Virus record (IMG/VR): IMGVR_UViG_3300025168_000003
DNA: 64,000 nt
Strand: one strand, 5' to 3'
Source: an uncultured virus (IMG/VR IMGVR_UViG_3300025168_000003)
Lineage: Duplodnaviria > Heunggongvirae > Uroviricota > Caudoviricetes > Crassvirales
The notes under the pieces were generated by a model that did not search any database, was not told where the DNA came from, and saw nothing but the letters and a program-made list of their open reading frames with translations. The stretch's first letter is position 1. Each line of letters opens with the position of its first letter. This document shows positions 49,752-57,614 of this stretch, in pieces. The position numbers and the translations under genes were made by a program.

Positions 49752-49959
49752 CTAGACGAGTAGCTTAATTAGGATTTAGGTGGGCGAATGCTGTAAAGAT
49801 ACCACGACAAATGGTACCTAAATTACATAAGTGAATAGCTAGCAAACGTGAAGAACAACCACAGCTTGAAATAGTAGTGCACGGTTGTGAAGCGGTTTAG
49901 CAGTAGTAAGTATAAGTCAGGGTACACACCGGTAAATGACGTGCATCTTATTGCTGCTT
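49752..49959 (+). ncRNA. Candidate structured non-coding RNA
   Basis: Stems ATTTAGGT/ACCTAAAT, ACAACC/GGTTGT, AGCAGTAGTAAG/CTTATTGCTGCT; no long ORF. Confidence 0.5.
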
Positions 49960-49962
49960 TAT

Positions 49963-50041
49963 GGGGGTGTCATGGTTTTGACGTAGTAAAAAGCCTGCAA
50001 AGGAATTACTACGGAAGACAGTTCGATTCTGTCCACCTCCA
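49963..50041 (+). ncRNA. Mini-tmRNA: tRNA-like domain only (79 nt)
   Basis: GGGGGTG/CACCTCC-A acceptor with G3:U70; tmRNA-type D-loop TCATGGTTTTGAC; T-arm GACAG-TTCGATT-CTGTC; P2 closed by a short hairpin. Confidence 0.8.
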
Positions 50042-50045
50042 CTAA

Positions 50046-50077
50046 TTACAAACAAATTACAAACACTAATGGATAAT
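50046..50077 (+). promoter_or_regulatory. Class A promoter 6
   Basis: TTACAAACA-N16-GGATAAT. Confidence 0.8.
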
Positions 50078-50093
50078 ATAATAAATTAAAACT

Positions 50094-50534
50094 ATGACAA
50101 ATCAGTACACATGGCGGCAAGAACGTCAAATGCTCGAAGATTCCTACGCACGTAGGTTATTAGTAGAGTACAACATCAAAGAAGTAACTACTCAAAGGCA
50201 AGCTAAAAATGGCACAAGAGAGTTTGAATTTCCAGTACCTTGCTATTCTAAACAAAGACTAGAATGGTTTAAGTACAAAAAATACAACTTAAAAGATCTA
50301 CCAAGATTAAGACTAGCTACGTTTGAATCAGGTATGGTTAGAAAACAAAATGGCGGCGATAGAGCTTACCAAATAAACCCACAATACAAACAAAATCAAA
50401 GATATGTGTGGCTTAACAGCGACAATGAAGTTACTGTTAAAGAGTTTGTAGGCAATGCTAGAGCGTTAATACACAATCCATTAGCTAGAATGGTATACAT
50501 GTTAAATTATTATCTTAAAAACTATAAACAATGA
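50094..50534 (+). CDS. Hypothetical protein (146 aa)
   Basis: ORF track; follows promoter 6. Confidence 0.8.
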   Translation: MTNQYTWRQERQMLEDSYARRLLVEYNIKEVTTQRQAKNGTREFEFPVPCYSKQRLEWFKYKKYNLKDLPRLRLATFESGMVRKQNGGDRAYQINPQYKQNQRYVWLNSDNEVTVKEFVGNARALIHNPLARMVYMLNYYLKNYKQ

Positions 50535-50767
50535 GTAAAGTAAAAACCGTCTACGACAATTTATTGCCCGACGTTAAATCAGCCTTGCAAGCTAGTGCTA
50601 GAAAGTACAGTAGTGCAAAAAGACTAAAGTACACATTAATGTCAAAAACTATGTGGTATGAACTAACCATCGACGATGTTAGAGATTTAATTAGTTACAG
50701 CGAGTTAAATAGCTGGGACCTAGAATCTTACTCTTTTATGTACGGTGATAAATTTATGAAAAAATGA
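50531..50767 (+). CDS. Hypothetical protein (78 aa)
   Basis: ATGA-coupled ORF. Confidence 0.7.
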   Translation: MSKVKTVYDNLLPDVKSALQASARKYSSAKRLKYTLMSKTMWYELTIDDVRDLISYSELNSWDLESYSFMYGDKFMKK

Positions 50768-51207
50768 AAAAGAAACTATTAACAGAAGAATTAATTGACA
50801 AAAGACTAGAAGAACATGGTGTTAATTTTGATATTGACCATGATGAAGCTTTAAAAGTAATACAAACTCATTACGATTTTGAGCTAACAGACAACTGGAA
50901 TGGCACGCCTGACTATAGTATATACACTGAAACTACAGCTGACGGCTATGAAGTGTGGGTTGCAACATCAGGTGATGGTAGAAATGTATGTATAAATGAA
51001 GATGTACATTACTATGAAAACGACTTAAGTGACAAACTGGTTGAGGCTATGACTGACTACAACGAGTTAATATATGTAGATGACCTTGAAGCTTATTATG
51101 TAGAAGATGCGGTTAGAGAAGTATATGACTCTTATGTAAATGATATGAAAGAAGAAGTAGAAAACGAATTAATAGAAGAAGGTTATGAGTACGAAAAAAG
51201 TGAATGA
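50764..51207 (+). CDS. Very acidic hypothetical protein (147 aa)
   Basis: ATGA-coupled ORF; Asp/Glu-rich. Confidence 0.75.
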   Translation: MKKKLLTEELIDKRLEEHGVNFDIDHDEALKVIQTHYDFELTDNWNGTPDYSIYTETTADGYEVWVATSGDGRNVCINEDVHYYENDLSDKLVEAMTDYNELIYVDDLEAYYVEDAVREVYDSYVNDMKEEVENELIEEGYEYEKSE

Positions 51208-51436
51208 TTTAGGTGAAAAGCCATTACCAAAATGGTATGATGGAGCCAAGTATACGTCTTGGGAAACAGTAGAAAACAGATTTACAGGTGAAGAAATTCT
51301 TTTATCACCTAATGAAGTCGCAATGTATGACTTAATTATGGGTAGTCAAATCACTGGTCATCACGATCTAACAAGGAAAGGCTTAAAATGGTTTAGATCC
51401 GCTAACCCTAGAGCTTATATGGTCTTGCTAGACTAA
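51185..51436 (+). CDS. Hypothetical protein (83 aa)
   Basis: ORF track; WFRSANPRAYMVLLD C-terminus. Confidence 0.7.
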   Translation: MSTKKVNDLGEKPLPKWYDGAKYTSWETVENRFTGEEILLSPNEVAMYDLIMGSQITGHHDLTRKGLKWFRSANPRAYMVLLD

Positions 51437-51441
51437 AAAAT

Positions 51442-51515
51442 TGCGCGGTGGAGAAGTTGGTTATCTCGCGAGTCTCATAAACTCGAGGTCGAAGGTTCGA
51501 GTCCTTCCTGCGCAC
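51442..51515 (+). tRNA. tRNA-Met(CAT), initiator-like; CCA not encoded
   Basis: Full cloverleaf: TGCGCGG/CTGCGCA, GAGA/TCTC, CGAGT-CTCATAA-ACTCG, GAAGG-TTCGAGT-CCTTC. Confidence 0.93.
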
Positions 51516-51517
51516 CT

Positions 51518-51715
51518 ATGAAATTTATAAAATATACAATAGTATGGATAAGTCAAAATCTAGCTATCCCTTTTTGGGTGGTTGGTCATATACACTTGTC
51601 CATACACTCGTTTCATGATCTATATGAGCTTCTTGCAAGTATAGGTATGAATTTAATAGTATTAACCGGCTTTATTATAGACTATAAAGCACAAAATCAA
51701 AACAATGGCAACTAG
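51518..51715 (+). CDS. Small membrane protein (65 aa)
   Basis: Two hydrophobic segments. Confidence 0.65.
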   Translation: MKFIKYTIVWISQNLAIPFWVVGHIHLSIHSFHDLYELLASIGMNLIVLTGFIIDYKAQNQNNGN

Positions 51716-52184
51716 AAATTTAACAATGGTCGTTCCAAGATCGGCCGCGGAAAATAATGAGCTTGGCTTTGCTTGTAATCCCGATGTAGTCGGTGACAAA
51801 AGCCACGTAAATATGTATTTACATCATGATGGTTATCCTGAATATAGAGCTGTAGAGCTTGCTAATTGGGTTAAGCACATGCAAAATGATGAAGGTTTTA
51901 CTAAATTTGGTGATGGATCAAGAATAGCATCACACTTAGTAAAAGATTTTCATTACAATTCACAGTATTTATATCCTTCTCACGAAAGTATAGATCATCA
52001 TTACACTTATATTATATGGACAGGTAAGCCTGACGTGTGGATAACATGCTGGAATCAATACAACACTTCTTGTGTATTTGTAAGTAAAGTAAGTGATATT
52101 TTGCAAAGTGGTTGGTTTCAACCAGAAAGATTTGATTACACAGACTGGAAACTTTACAAACAAAATATTAACAAGCTTGGATAA
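51705..52184 (+). CDS. Hypothetical protein with YLHHDGYP motif (159 aa)
   Basis: MATR...YxHxDGYP pattern, familiar from phage early genes. Confidence 0.75.
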   Translation: MATRNLTMVVPRSAAENNELGFACNPDVVGDKSHVNMYLHHDGYPEYRAVELANWVKHMQNDEGFTKFGDGSRIASHLVKDFHYNSQYLYPSHESIDHHYTYIIWTGKPDVWITCWNQYNTSCVFVSKVSDILQSGWFQPERFDYTDWKLYKQNINKLG

Positions 52185-52185
52185 T
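52154..52185 (+). promoter_or_regulatory. Class A promoter 7 (inside the 3' end of a CDS)
   Basis: TTACAAACA-N16-GGATAAT; heads the ligase-HTH-sigma cluster. Confidence 0.78.
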
Positions 52186-52191
52186 AATAAT

Positions 52192-52425
52192 ATGACAAAC
52201 AACGAAATAGAAAAAATTGCACTAAGAGTATCAGAATTAGTACTTGAAGGTATACTTAAAGGAAGTATAGTAACTACAGAAGAAGATGAGCAAGGCTTAT
52301 TAACTCAATTAGCCCAAGCTATGACTCAACTAGATTATAACTTACAAGAAGAAAATTATGATAAATGTGCAGAATTAAAAGAAATAATACTACAAATAGA
52401 AAACAAACTAAATAAATTTAAATAA
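52192..52425 (+). CDS. Small protein with a UVR (UvrB/C) coiled-coil motif (77 aa)
   Basis: EENYDKCAELKEII; start reassigned to the ATG at 52192. Confidence 0.6.
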   Translation: MTNNEIEKIALRVSELVLEGILKGSIVTTEEDEQGLLTQLAQAMTQLDYNLQEENYDKCAELKEIILQIENKLNKFK

Positions 52426-52426
52426 T

Positions 52427-53272
52427 ATGATAAAACCAATGCTCGCATACAAAGTAGACAAAAAACCTGTCGACTGGTCCGAGAAAGTTTTTATGCAGCC
52501 TAAGCTAGACGGTGTCAGGTGTGTAATTAAACTAGGTGATAACAATGAAGTACAAGCTTTTTCTCGTACAGGTAAACCGTGGCTTAACATAGCTCACATT
52601 ACTAATTCTTTGCACTACTTTTTTACACAAAACCCTGATATTATACTTGACGGTGAGCTGTATAATCACGATCTAAGAGACGATTTTAACAAAATCATAT
52701 CCTTAGTCAGAAAAACTAAACCAAAGCCATCTGACAGAGATGAGGCATCTAAATTAGTACAATTTCATTGTTACGACTACATAGAAACTGTATTAAATAT
52801 GCCTTATAGCTACAGAAAAGACCAATTAGCTACATCTAGCATGTATTCTTATTGCGTTAAAAAAGTATACACTACAGTTATAACACAAGATCAAGCTAAC
52901 ATACAACATCAAGCTAACCTAGACGAAGGTTACGAAGGTTCTATACTAAGACTAGACAAGCCTTATGAGTGTAAACGTTCTTACAACTTGCAAAAGTTTA
53001 AAGATTTTCATGACAAGGAAGCGTTTATCGTAGGTTATCAAACAGGTAAAGGTAAAAGGACGGGTACGCTTGGCAAATTCATAATGCTAGATGACGAAGG
53101 TGTAGAGTTCGGTTGTCCACCGGGTAAAGGCTACAATTACAAGGATTTAGCTAATATACTAGAAAATATAGGCGACTATATAGGCAAGCGCGCTACCTTT
53201 ACTTACTTCGAACGTACACCAGCGGGTAGCTACAGACACCCGCTATTCAAATGTATTAGAAATTATGAGTAA
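52427..53272 (+). CDS. ATP-dependent DNA ligase
   Basis: QPKLDGVRC, LDGELY, EGYEGSILR, LQKFK, RHPLF. Confidence 0.93.
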   Translation: MIKPMLAYKVDKKPVDWSEKVFMQPKLDGVRCVIKLGDNNEVQAFSRTGKPWLNIAHITNSLHYFFTQNPDIILDGELYNHDLRDDFNKIISLVRKTKPKPSDRDEASKLVQFHCYDYIETVLNMPYSYRKDQLATSSMYSYCVKKVYTTVITQDQANIQHQANLDEGYEGSILRLDKPYECKRSYNLQKFKDFHDKEAFIVGYQTGKGKRTGTLGKFIMLDDEGVEFGCPPGKGYNYKDLANILENIGDYIGKRATFTYFERTPAGSYRHPLFKCIRNYE

Positions 53273-53371
53273 AACAATATGGAAATTATATAATGATAAT
53301 ATGATTAGCGAAGAAGTTGCTCATATATTATTAGACGCGCACTATAATAGGTTACAAAACAAAAGATATAA

Positions 53372-53863
53372 ATGAATATATTTTATTTACATAAGGACCC
53401 TTATAAAGCAGCCTCTTATATGTATGATAAACATAAAGTTAAAATGATCTTAGAGTCAGCCCAAATGCTTTGTACGGCACACAGATATTATGGCAATGAA
53501 GATGTTCCATACAAAACTGCTCACCTTAATCACCCATCAAGTATATGGTGTAGATTAAATAAAAATAGTTACAGATGGCTATACAATCACATGCTGGCTT
53601 TAGGTGAAGAATACACGGCTAGATACGGTAGAAAACATTTAACTATTACAAAATGTAAAGAGCCATTAGGTCATTATCCTCCCGGTATACCAGAGGGTAA
53701 ATTTATACAACCTCCTCAGTGTATGCCTGATGAGTATAAAGTTGAAGGTGACAGTTTGTCAGCATATTGGAATTATTACGAACAAGACAAAATTAAAATT
53801 AAAAATAAAAATGAGCAAAAAATTAGTAGACCACTTAATCAAAACCAATTACAATGGAATTAA
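53372..53863 (+). CDS. Pyrimidine-dimer DNA glycosylase-like protein
   Basis: MNIFYL...DKHKVKMILESAQMLCTAH...HLNHPSSIW...EYTARYGRKH. Confidence 0.7.
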   Translation: MNIFYLHKDPYKAASYMYDKHKVKMILESAQMLCTAHRYYGNEDVPYKTAHLNHPSSIWCRLNKNSYRWLYNHMLALGEEYTARYGRKHLTITKCKEPLGHYPPGIPEGKFIQPPQCMPDEYKVEGDSLSAYWNYYEQDKIKIKNKNEQKISRPLNQNQLQWN

Positions 53864-54048
53864 CGATAAGATTAAATCTTTCAGAAAGCCGAAGAAAAAA
53901 GGCGCACAAAAAACAGCTAGAACTCGCAATAGCAGGAACGCATAGTGATATAGTATTGCATACGTTAAATGGTGATTATCATTTAGCACAATTAAAAGCA
54001 AAGCTTTTTTTAAAATACAATCGAAGATTGAAATACCTAGGGTTGTGA
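53854..54048 (+). CDS. Hypothetical protein (64 aa)
   Basis: ORF track. Confidence 0.5.
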   Translation: MELTIRLNLSESRRKKAHKKQLELAIAGTHSDIVLHTLNGDYHLAQLKAKLFLKYNRRLKYLGL

Positions 54049-54089
54049 CAACAGCCCTTATAAGTTAAATAAGTAATAAGCAAATGTCA
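54046..54089. promoter_or_regulatory. Inverted-repeat operator overlapping the HTH gene start
   Basis: TGACA-ac-AGCC...AAGCA-aa-TGTCA; similar to 46255-46297. Confidence 0.6.
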
Positions 54090-54698
54090 CAAGAAAGAAA
54101 TATAAAATGGTTAAATAGTAGACGTGTTATTTATAGGCAACTTCCTATAAATGATATACCTACCATTGAAACCAACAAGTACATGTTCTTTGAAAATGGC
54201 ACATACGAGCACTATAGTTTATTTAATACTAAAGCTAAAATTACAACATACAAATCTTTAAAATGGCATTTTTTAGTGTTATATTATTTAAATCAAGAAA
54301 ATGGTTTATTACCTACACATGTATATGAATTTATAGCTAACAAAGAAAACGGTTTTGTAACATTTTTTATTAGTAAAAAAGTATTAAATGATATGATAGA
54401 CGATGTGTTTAAGATAGGCGGTGAACCTCCTGTAAATAAAGTACGTAAAGTAATATTTAAAGACTATAGTATGTTAACTATAAATGAAAAGCTTAGTATA
54501 GTGGGTAAATTAATAGGCAGATCGTCACGAGTTGACGATGAAGCAATTTACCAATGCATGCTTGATCTTAATGATTTAGGTAAACATATTTGTATTGGTA
54601 GAATAGCCGGACTATTAAGCGTGTCTAAAAGAACAATATATCGTCATATAAATGACGAGTTAAAACAAGAAATAAAAATACTAAATGAAGAAATATAA
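54084..54698 (+). CDS. DNA-binding protein with C-terminal HTH (204 aa)
   Basis: ICIGRIAGLLSVSKRTIYRHI. Confidence 0.7.
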   Translation: MSQERNIKWLNSRRVIYRQLPINDIPTIETNKYMFFENGTYEHYSLFNTKAKITTYKSLKWHFLVLYYLNQENGLLPTHVYEFIANKENGFVTFFISKKVLNDMIDDVFKIGGEPPVNKVRKVIFKDYSMLTINEKLSIVGKLIGRSSRVDDEAIYQCMLDLNDLGKHICIGRIAGLLSVSKRTIYRHINDELKQEIKILNEEI

Positions 54699-55443
54699 CA
54701 TACAAAACTATATAAGGTATAAAAAAGATCTAAAAGATTCAATGCCTAAAGATAAAATAGCTTATCAATCTTATTCAAGAGATGAACTTATAGTTAAATT
54801 TTTACCATTAGTAGAAAACTTAGCTAGAAAATTTTCAACAGCAGATCAAGCTTCTGGTGTTTTAAGTATACTAGATTTATTACAAATAGGTGGTGAAGCT
54901 TTAACTAGAGCAGTTACTAAACTAGACTGGAGTTTACTAGACGAATCAGAGGATATTGAAAAAACTTTAAAATCTTTTTTTAGTAAAAGAATTAAAGGCG
55001 CTATAAGAAGAAGAATAGATAGAAATAGAGGTAATATGAGAATACCAGAGCATAAGCTTAACGAAATGAGAAAAAATCCTAAAGATAAAAAAATGGTAGA
55101 AATGTTTTTTAATTCTATATTTTTATCTATAGATGCTCAACCTTTGAACGAAGACGGTGAATCAATGATGCAACAATTACCAGATAATTCAGAACCTTAC
55201 AATATAGCTTTTTTAAATTTATATTTAAAAAGTTTATTACAAAAACACTTAAAAGATCAACAGTACGAAGTATTAAGATTATCATATGGATTAGACTGTG
55301 ATAAGCACTCAGCTTTAGAAATTGCATCTAAATTAAAGATCAATGGTGTTAGTGCATATGTAAGAGTTTCTGAAATAAAAAAAGAAGCAATACAAAAACT
55401 TATCAATGAAGTCGACCACTCGCAAGTGCTTGATTATCTATAA
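54685..55443 (+). CDS. Phage sigma70-family factor (252 aa)
   Basis: Region 2 ELIVKFLPLVENLARKF...DLLQIG...RIKGAIRR...MRIP; region 4 VLRLSYGL...ALEIASKL...RVSEIKKEAIQKL. Confidence 0.88.
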   Translation: MKKYNIQNYIRYKKDLKDSMPKDKIAYQSYSRDELIVKFLPLVENLARKFSTADQASGVLSILDLLQIGGEALTRAVTKLDWSLLDESEDIEKTLKSFFSKRIKGAIRRRIDRNRGNMRIPEHKLNEMRKNPKDKKMVEMFFNSIFLSIDAQPLNEDGESMMQQLPDNSEPYNIAFLNLYLKSLLQKHLKDQQYEVLRLSYGLDCDKHSALEIASKLKINGVSAYVRVSEIKKEAIQKLINEVDHSQVLDYL

Positions 55444-55452
55444 GTTACGCAT

Positions 55453-55482
55453 GTAAATCATTAAAATAACATGTGATTATAT
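55453..55482 (+). promoter_or_regulatory. Class B promoter motif (GTAAA-N12-CATGTGAT-TATAT) heading the replication operon
   Basis: Immediately after the sigma gene; matches five minus-strand copies. Confidence 0.65.
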
Positions 55483-55505
55483 TAATAAGAAAAACCAATA
55501 TACCA

Positions 55506-56054
55506 ATGACTATAAATGAAAAACTGGCAACGATCCAGACAAAGTTTAAATCTAAAAAATCAAGATTTAATTCATTCGGCAAGTACAACTTCAGATCAGC
55601 CGAAGACATACTAGAAGCAACAAAACCCTTTTTATTAGAATTAGGAGTATCAGTTACAATAAACGAAAAGCTTGATGAAGTAGTAGGTTTGCCTATTATG
55701 ACATCAACAGCTACTATAACAGACGGCAAGTCTTTAATAGAAGCTACAGCTATAGTTGGTGTAGACTTAAATCAAAAAGGTATGAATACACCTCAGCAAT
55801 TTGGCTCAGCATCTTCGTATGCTAAGAAATATGCATTAGGTAATTTATTCTTAATTGATGATACTGCAGATAGTGACGCTACAAATGATCACGGCAAAAA
55901 GAAATTTACGCCACAAAAACCAACTTTAACCTCTAAAAAAGATCCAGCTTATGAAAAAGCGGTTCAATACGTAACAGCAGGTGGTAAAGTATCAGCTATA
56001 AAAGCTAAATATGCTCTATCTCAAGAAATAGAAGGAGCATTAACAACACTATAA
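55506..56054 (+). CDS. ERF-family ssDNA-annealing protein
   Basis: FNSFGKYNFRSAEDILEA; QQFGSASSYAKKYAL. Confidence 0.88.
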   Translation: MTINEKLATIQTKFKSKKSRFNSFGKYNFRSAEDILEATKPFLLELGVSVTINEKLDEVVGLPIMTSTATITDGKSLIEATAIVGVDLNQKGMNTPQQFGSASSYAKKYALGNLFLIDDTADSDATNDHGKKKFTPQKPTLTSKKDPAYEKAVQYVTAGGKVSAIKAKYALSQEIEGALTTL

Positions 56055-56055
56055 T

Positions 56056-56787
56056 ATGAATAAAGAAAAAGCAATTGAAAAGCTACGTGATGACGAGCAT
56101 TACTATGGACCTTTCGGTAAGAAATATTTAAGTAATTCTGATATCGGTACTTTGCTTACAAATCCTTTAAACCTTGGTAAGGCTTCTGAAGCTAGACCCG
56201 CGTTTTTAGTTGGTGGTTATTTCCACACAGCTATTCTAGAACCTGATAAACTTAAAAAGTTTAAGATTATAGAAGCTACAACTAGAAATACAAAGGTATA
56301 TAAAGAGATGTCAGGTGGTGAACTGTGTTTACTACAGCACGAGGTTGATAACATAGAGAAACTAACAGACAAAATGTTAGCCAATAAAATATGTAACGAC
56401 TTAATTAGAAACTCAACAAATGAGTATGAAAAACCTGGCATTACAGAGCTTGAAGGTTGTTTATGGAAAGGTAAAGCTGATATTATAAATCATTCAGAAA
56501 AGCTAGTTGTTGATTTGAAGACAACAGCAGATCTTAATAAATTTAGGTATTCAGCTTCTAAGTACAATTATGACTCACAGGCATATATTTATAGTAAACT
56601 ATTTGGTTATGAAATGGTATTTATTGCTATTGACAAAAACACAGGCCAAATAGGTATTTTTGACTGCTCACCAGAATTTTATGAACGTGGTAAGGACAAG
56701 GTCGAAAGAGCAGTACAGGCTTATGAATTATTCTATAAGTCTGAAGGCTTTGATCCTACACAATATTTTATTAATAAAACCTTATAA
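56056..56787 (+). CDS. PD-(D/E)xK exonuclease (RecE-like)
   Basis: LSNSDI, GGYFHTAILEP, KGKADII...VVDLKTT, YDSQAYIY. Confidence 0.85.
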   Translation: MNKEKAIEKLRDDEHYYGPFGKKYLSNSDIGTLLTNPLNLGKASEARPAFLVGGYFHTAILEPDKLKKFKIIEATTRNTKVYKEMSGGELCLLQHEVDNIEKLTDKMLANKICNDLIRNSTNEYEKPGITELEGCLWKGKADIINHSEKLVVDLKTTADLNKFRYSASKYNYDSQAYIYSKLFGYEMVFIAIDKNTGQIGIFDCSPEFYERGKDKVERAVQAYELFYKSEGFDPTQYFINKTL

Positions 56788-56788
56788 T

Positions 56789-56968
56789 ATGGCAAGAACC
56801 AGAAAAAACCAAACAAAAGTATGCAGTGTAACGGGATTAGAAACTGATGTAAATAATTTTTACAAAAACCAAACGCACGTAAAAGCTGTAGACAATATAA
56901 GAAGAACTACTAACGCGACAAAAGATCAGTTAGCTAGGATGTTTAATCAAATAAATCAATACGCATAA
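56789..56968 (+). CDS. Hypothetical protein (59 aa)
   Basis: Start reassigned to the ATG at 56789; coupled on both sides. Confidence 0.65.
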   Translation: MARTRKNQTKVCSVTGLETDVNNFYKNQTHVKAVDNIRRTTNATKDQLARMFNQINQYA

Positions 56969-57279
56969 TGGCAAGTATAATTAAAACTAGTATTAACCTT
57001 AATAATATACCTAAAGATAAAATTATCGAAGGTAAAAAAGGTAAATACCTACCGATAACAATAACCATCAATGATGAGTTAGATCAATTCGGAAATAACG
57101 GCCCTGTGGTTGTAGCACAATCAAAGGAAGAAAGAGAGTCTAAAACAGCTAAAGTATATTTAGGTAATGTACAGGTTGTTTGGACTAATGGAGATAACGT
57201 TGCTGTTGCTCCAAGAGAAGATCAACCTAAAACTCCGGCCTTTGTAGCTGAAACAGGCGATGATGATCTTCCGTTTTAA
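56968..57279 (+). CDS. Probable ssDNA-binding protein
   Basis: Acidic DDDLPF C-terminal tail; position after ERF/exonuclease. Confidence 0.7.
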   Translation: MASIIKTSINLNNIPKDKIIEGKKGKYLPITITINDELDQFGNNGPVVVAQSKEERESKTAKVYLGNVQVVWTNGDNVAVAPREDQPKTPAFVAETGDDDLPF

Positions 57280-57610
57280 TATAGTTTTATGTTTGTTTGT
57301 TAGCTTAGTAGGCTTTGGTCAAGAGATACAATGGATTTCTCTTGATCAAGCTGAAGAGCTTCAAAAACAAAATAAAAAATCTATAATTATTTTACAAGAA
57401 AATTATGATAACATAGTTTATTTTAATAATTTATTAGAAGAAAATAGTAAATTAATAAATGAAAGTTATTTACCTGTTAAAATAAAAAAAGACACAGAAG
57501 AAGATTCAATTAAAATAATCAGCGGTAAATACTACATAGACGTAACTATAACTGGTTGGGTTGGATCTAAAGAGCTAAAAACTTTTTTAGAAAATCCAAA
57601 TAGAAAATAA
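57260..57610 (+). CDS. Signal-peptide-bearing thioredoxin-like protein lacking CxxC
   Basis: Hydrophobic leader, then QEIQWISLDQAEELQKQNKKSIII; C-terminal ITGWVGSKELKTFL. Confidence 0.45.
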   Translation: MMIFRFNIVLCLFVSLVGFGQEIQWISLDQAEELQKQNKKSIIILQENYDNIVYFNNLLEENSKLINESYLPVKIKKDTEEDSIKIISGKYYIDVTITGWVGSKELKTFLENPNRK

Positions 57611-57614
57611 ATAA

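Noticed and set aside
49752..50041. Standard or classically permuted two-piece ssrA
   Set aside because: Both acceptor strands are in normal order within 79 nt, and there is no convincing Ala-Ala-ending tag
46551..52185. Repeated TTACAAACA...GGATAAT as a CRISPR array
   Set aside because: Spacing is irregular, the core is variable, copies sit upstream of genes, and there are no cas genes
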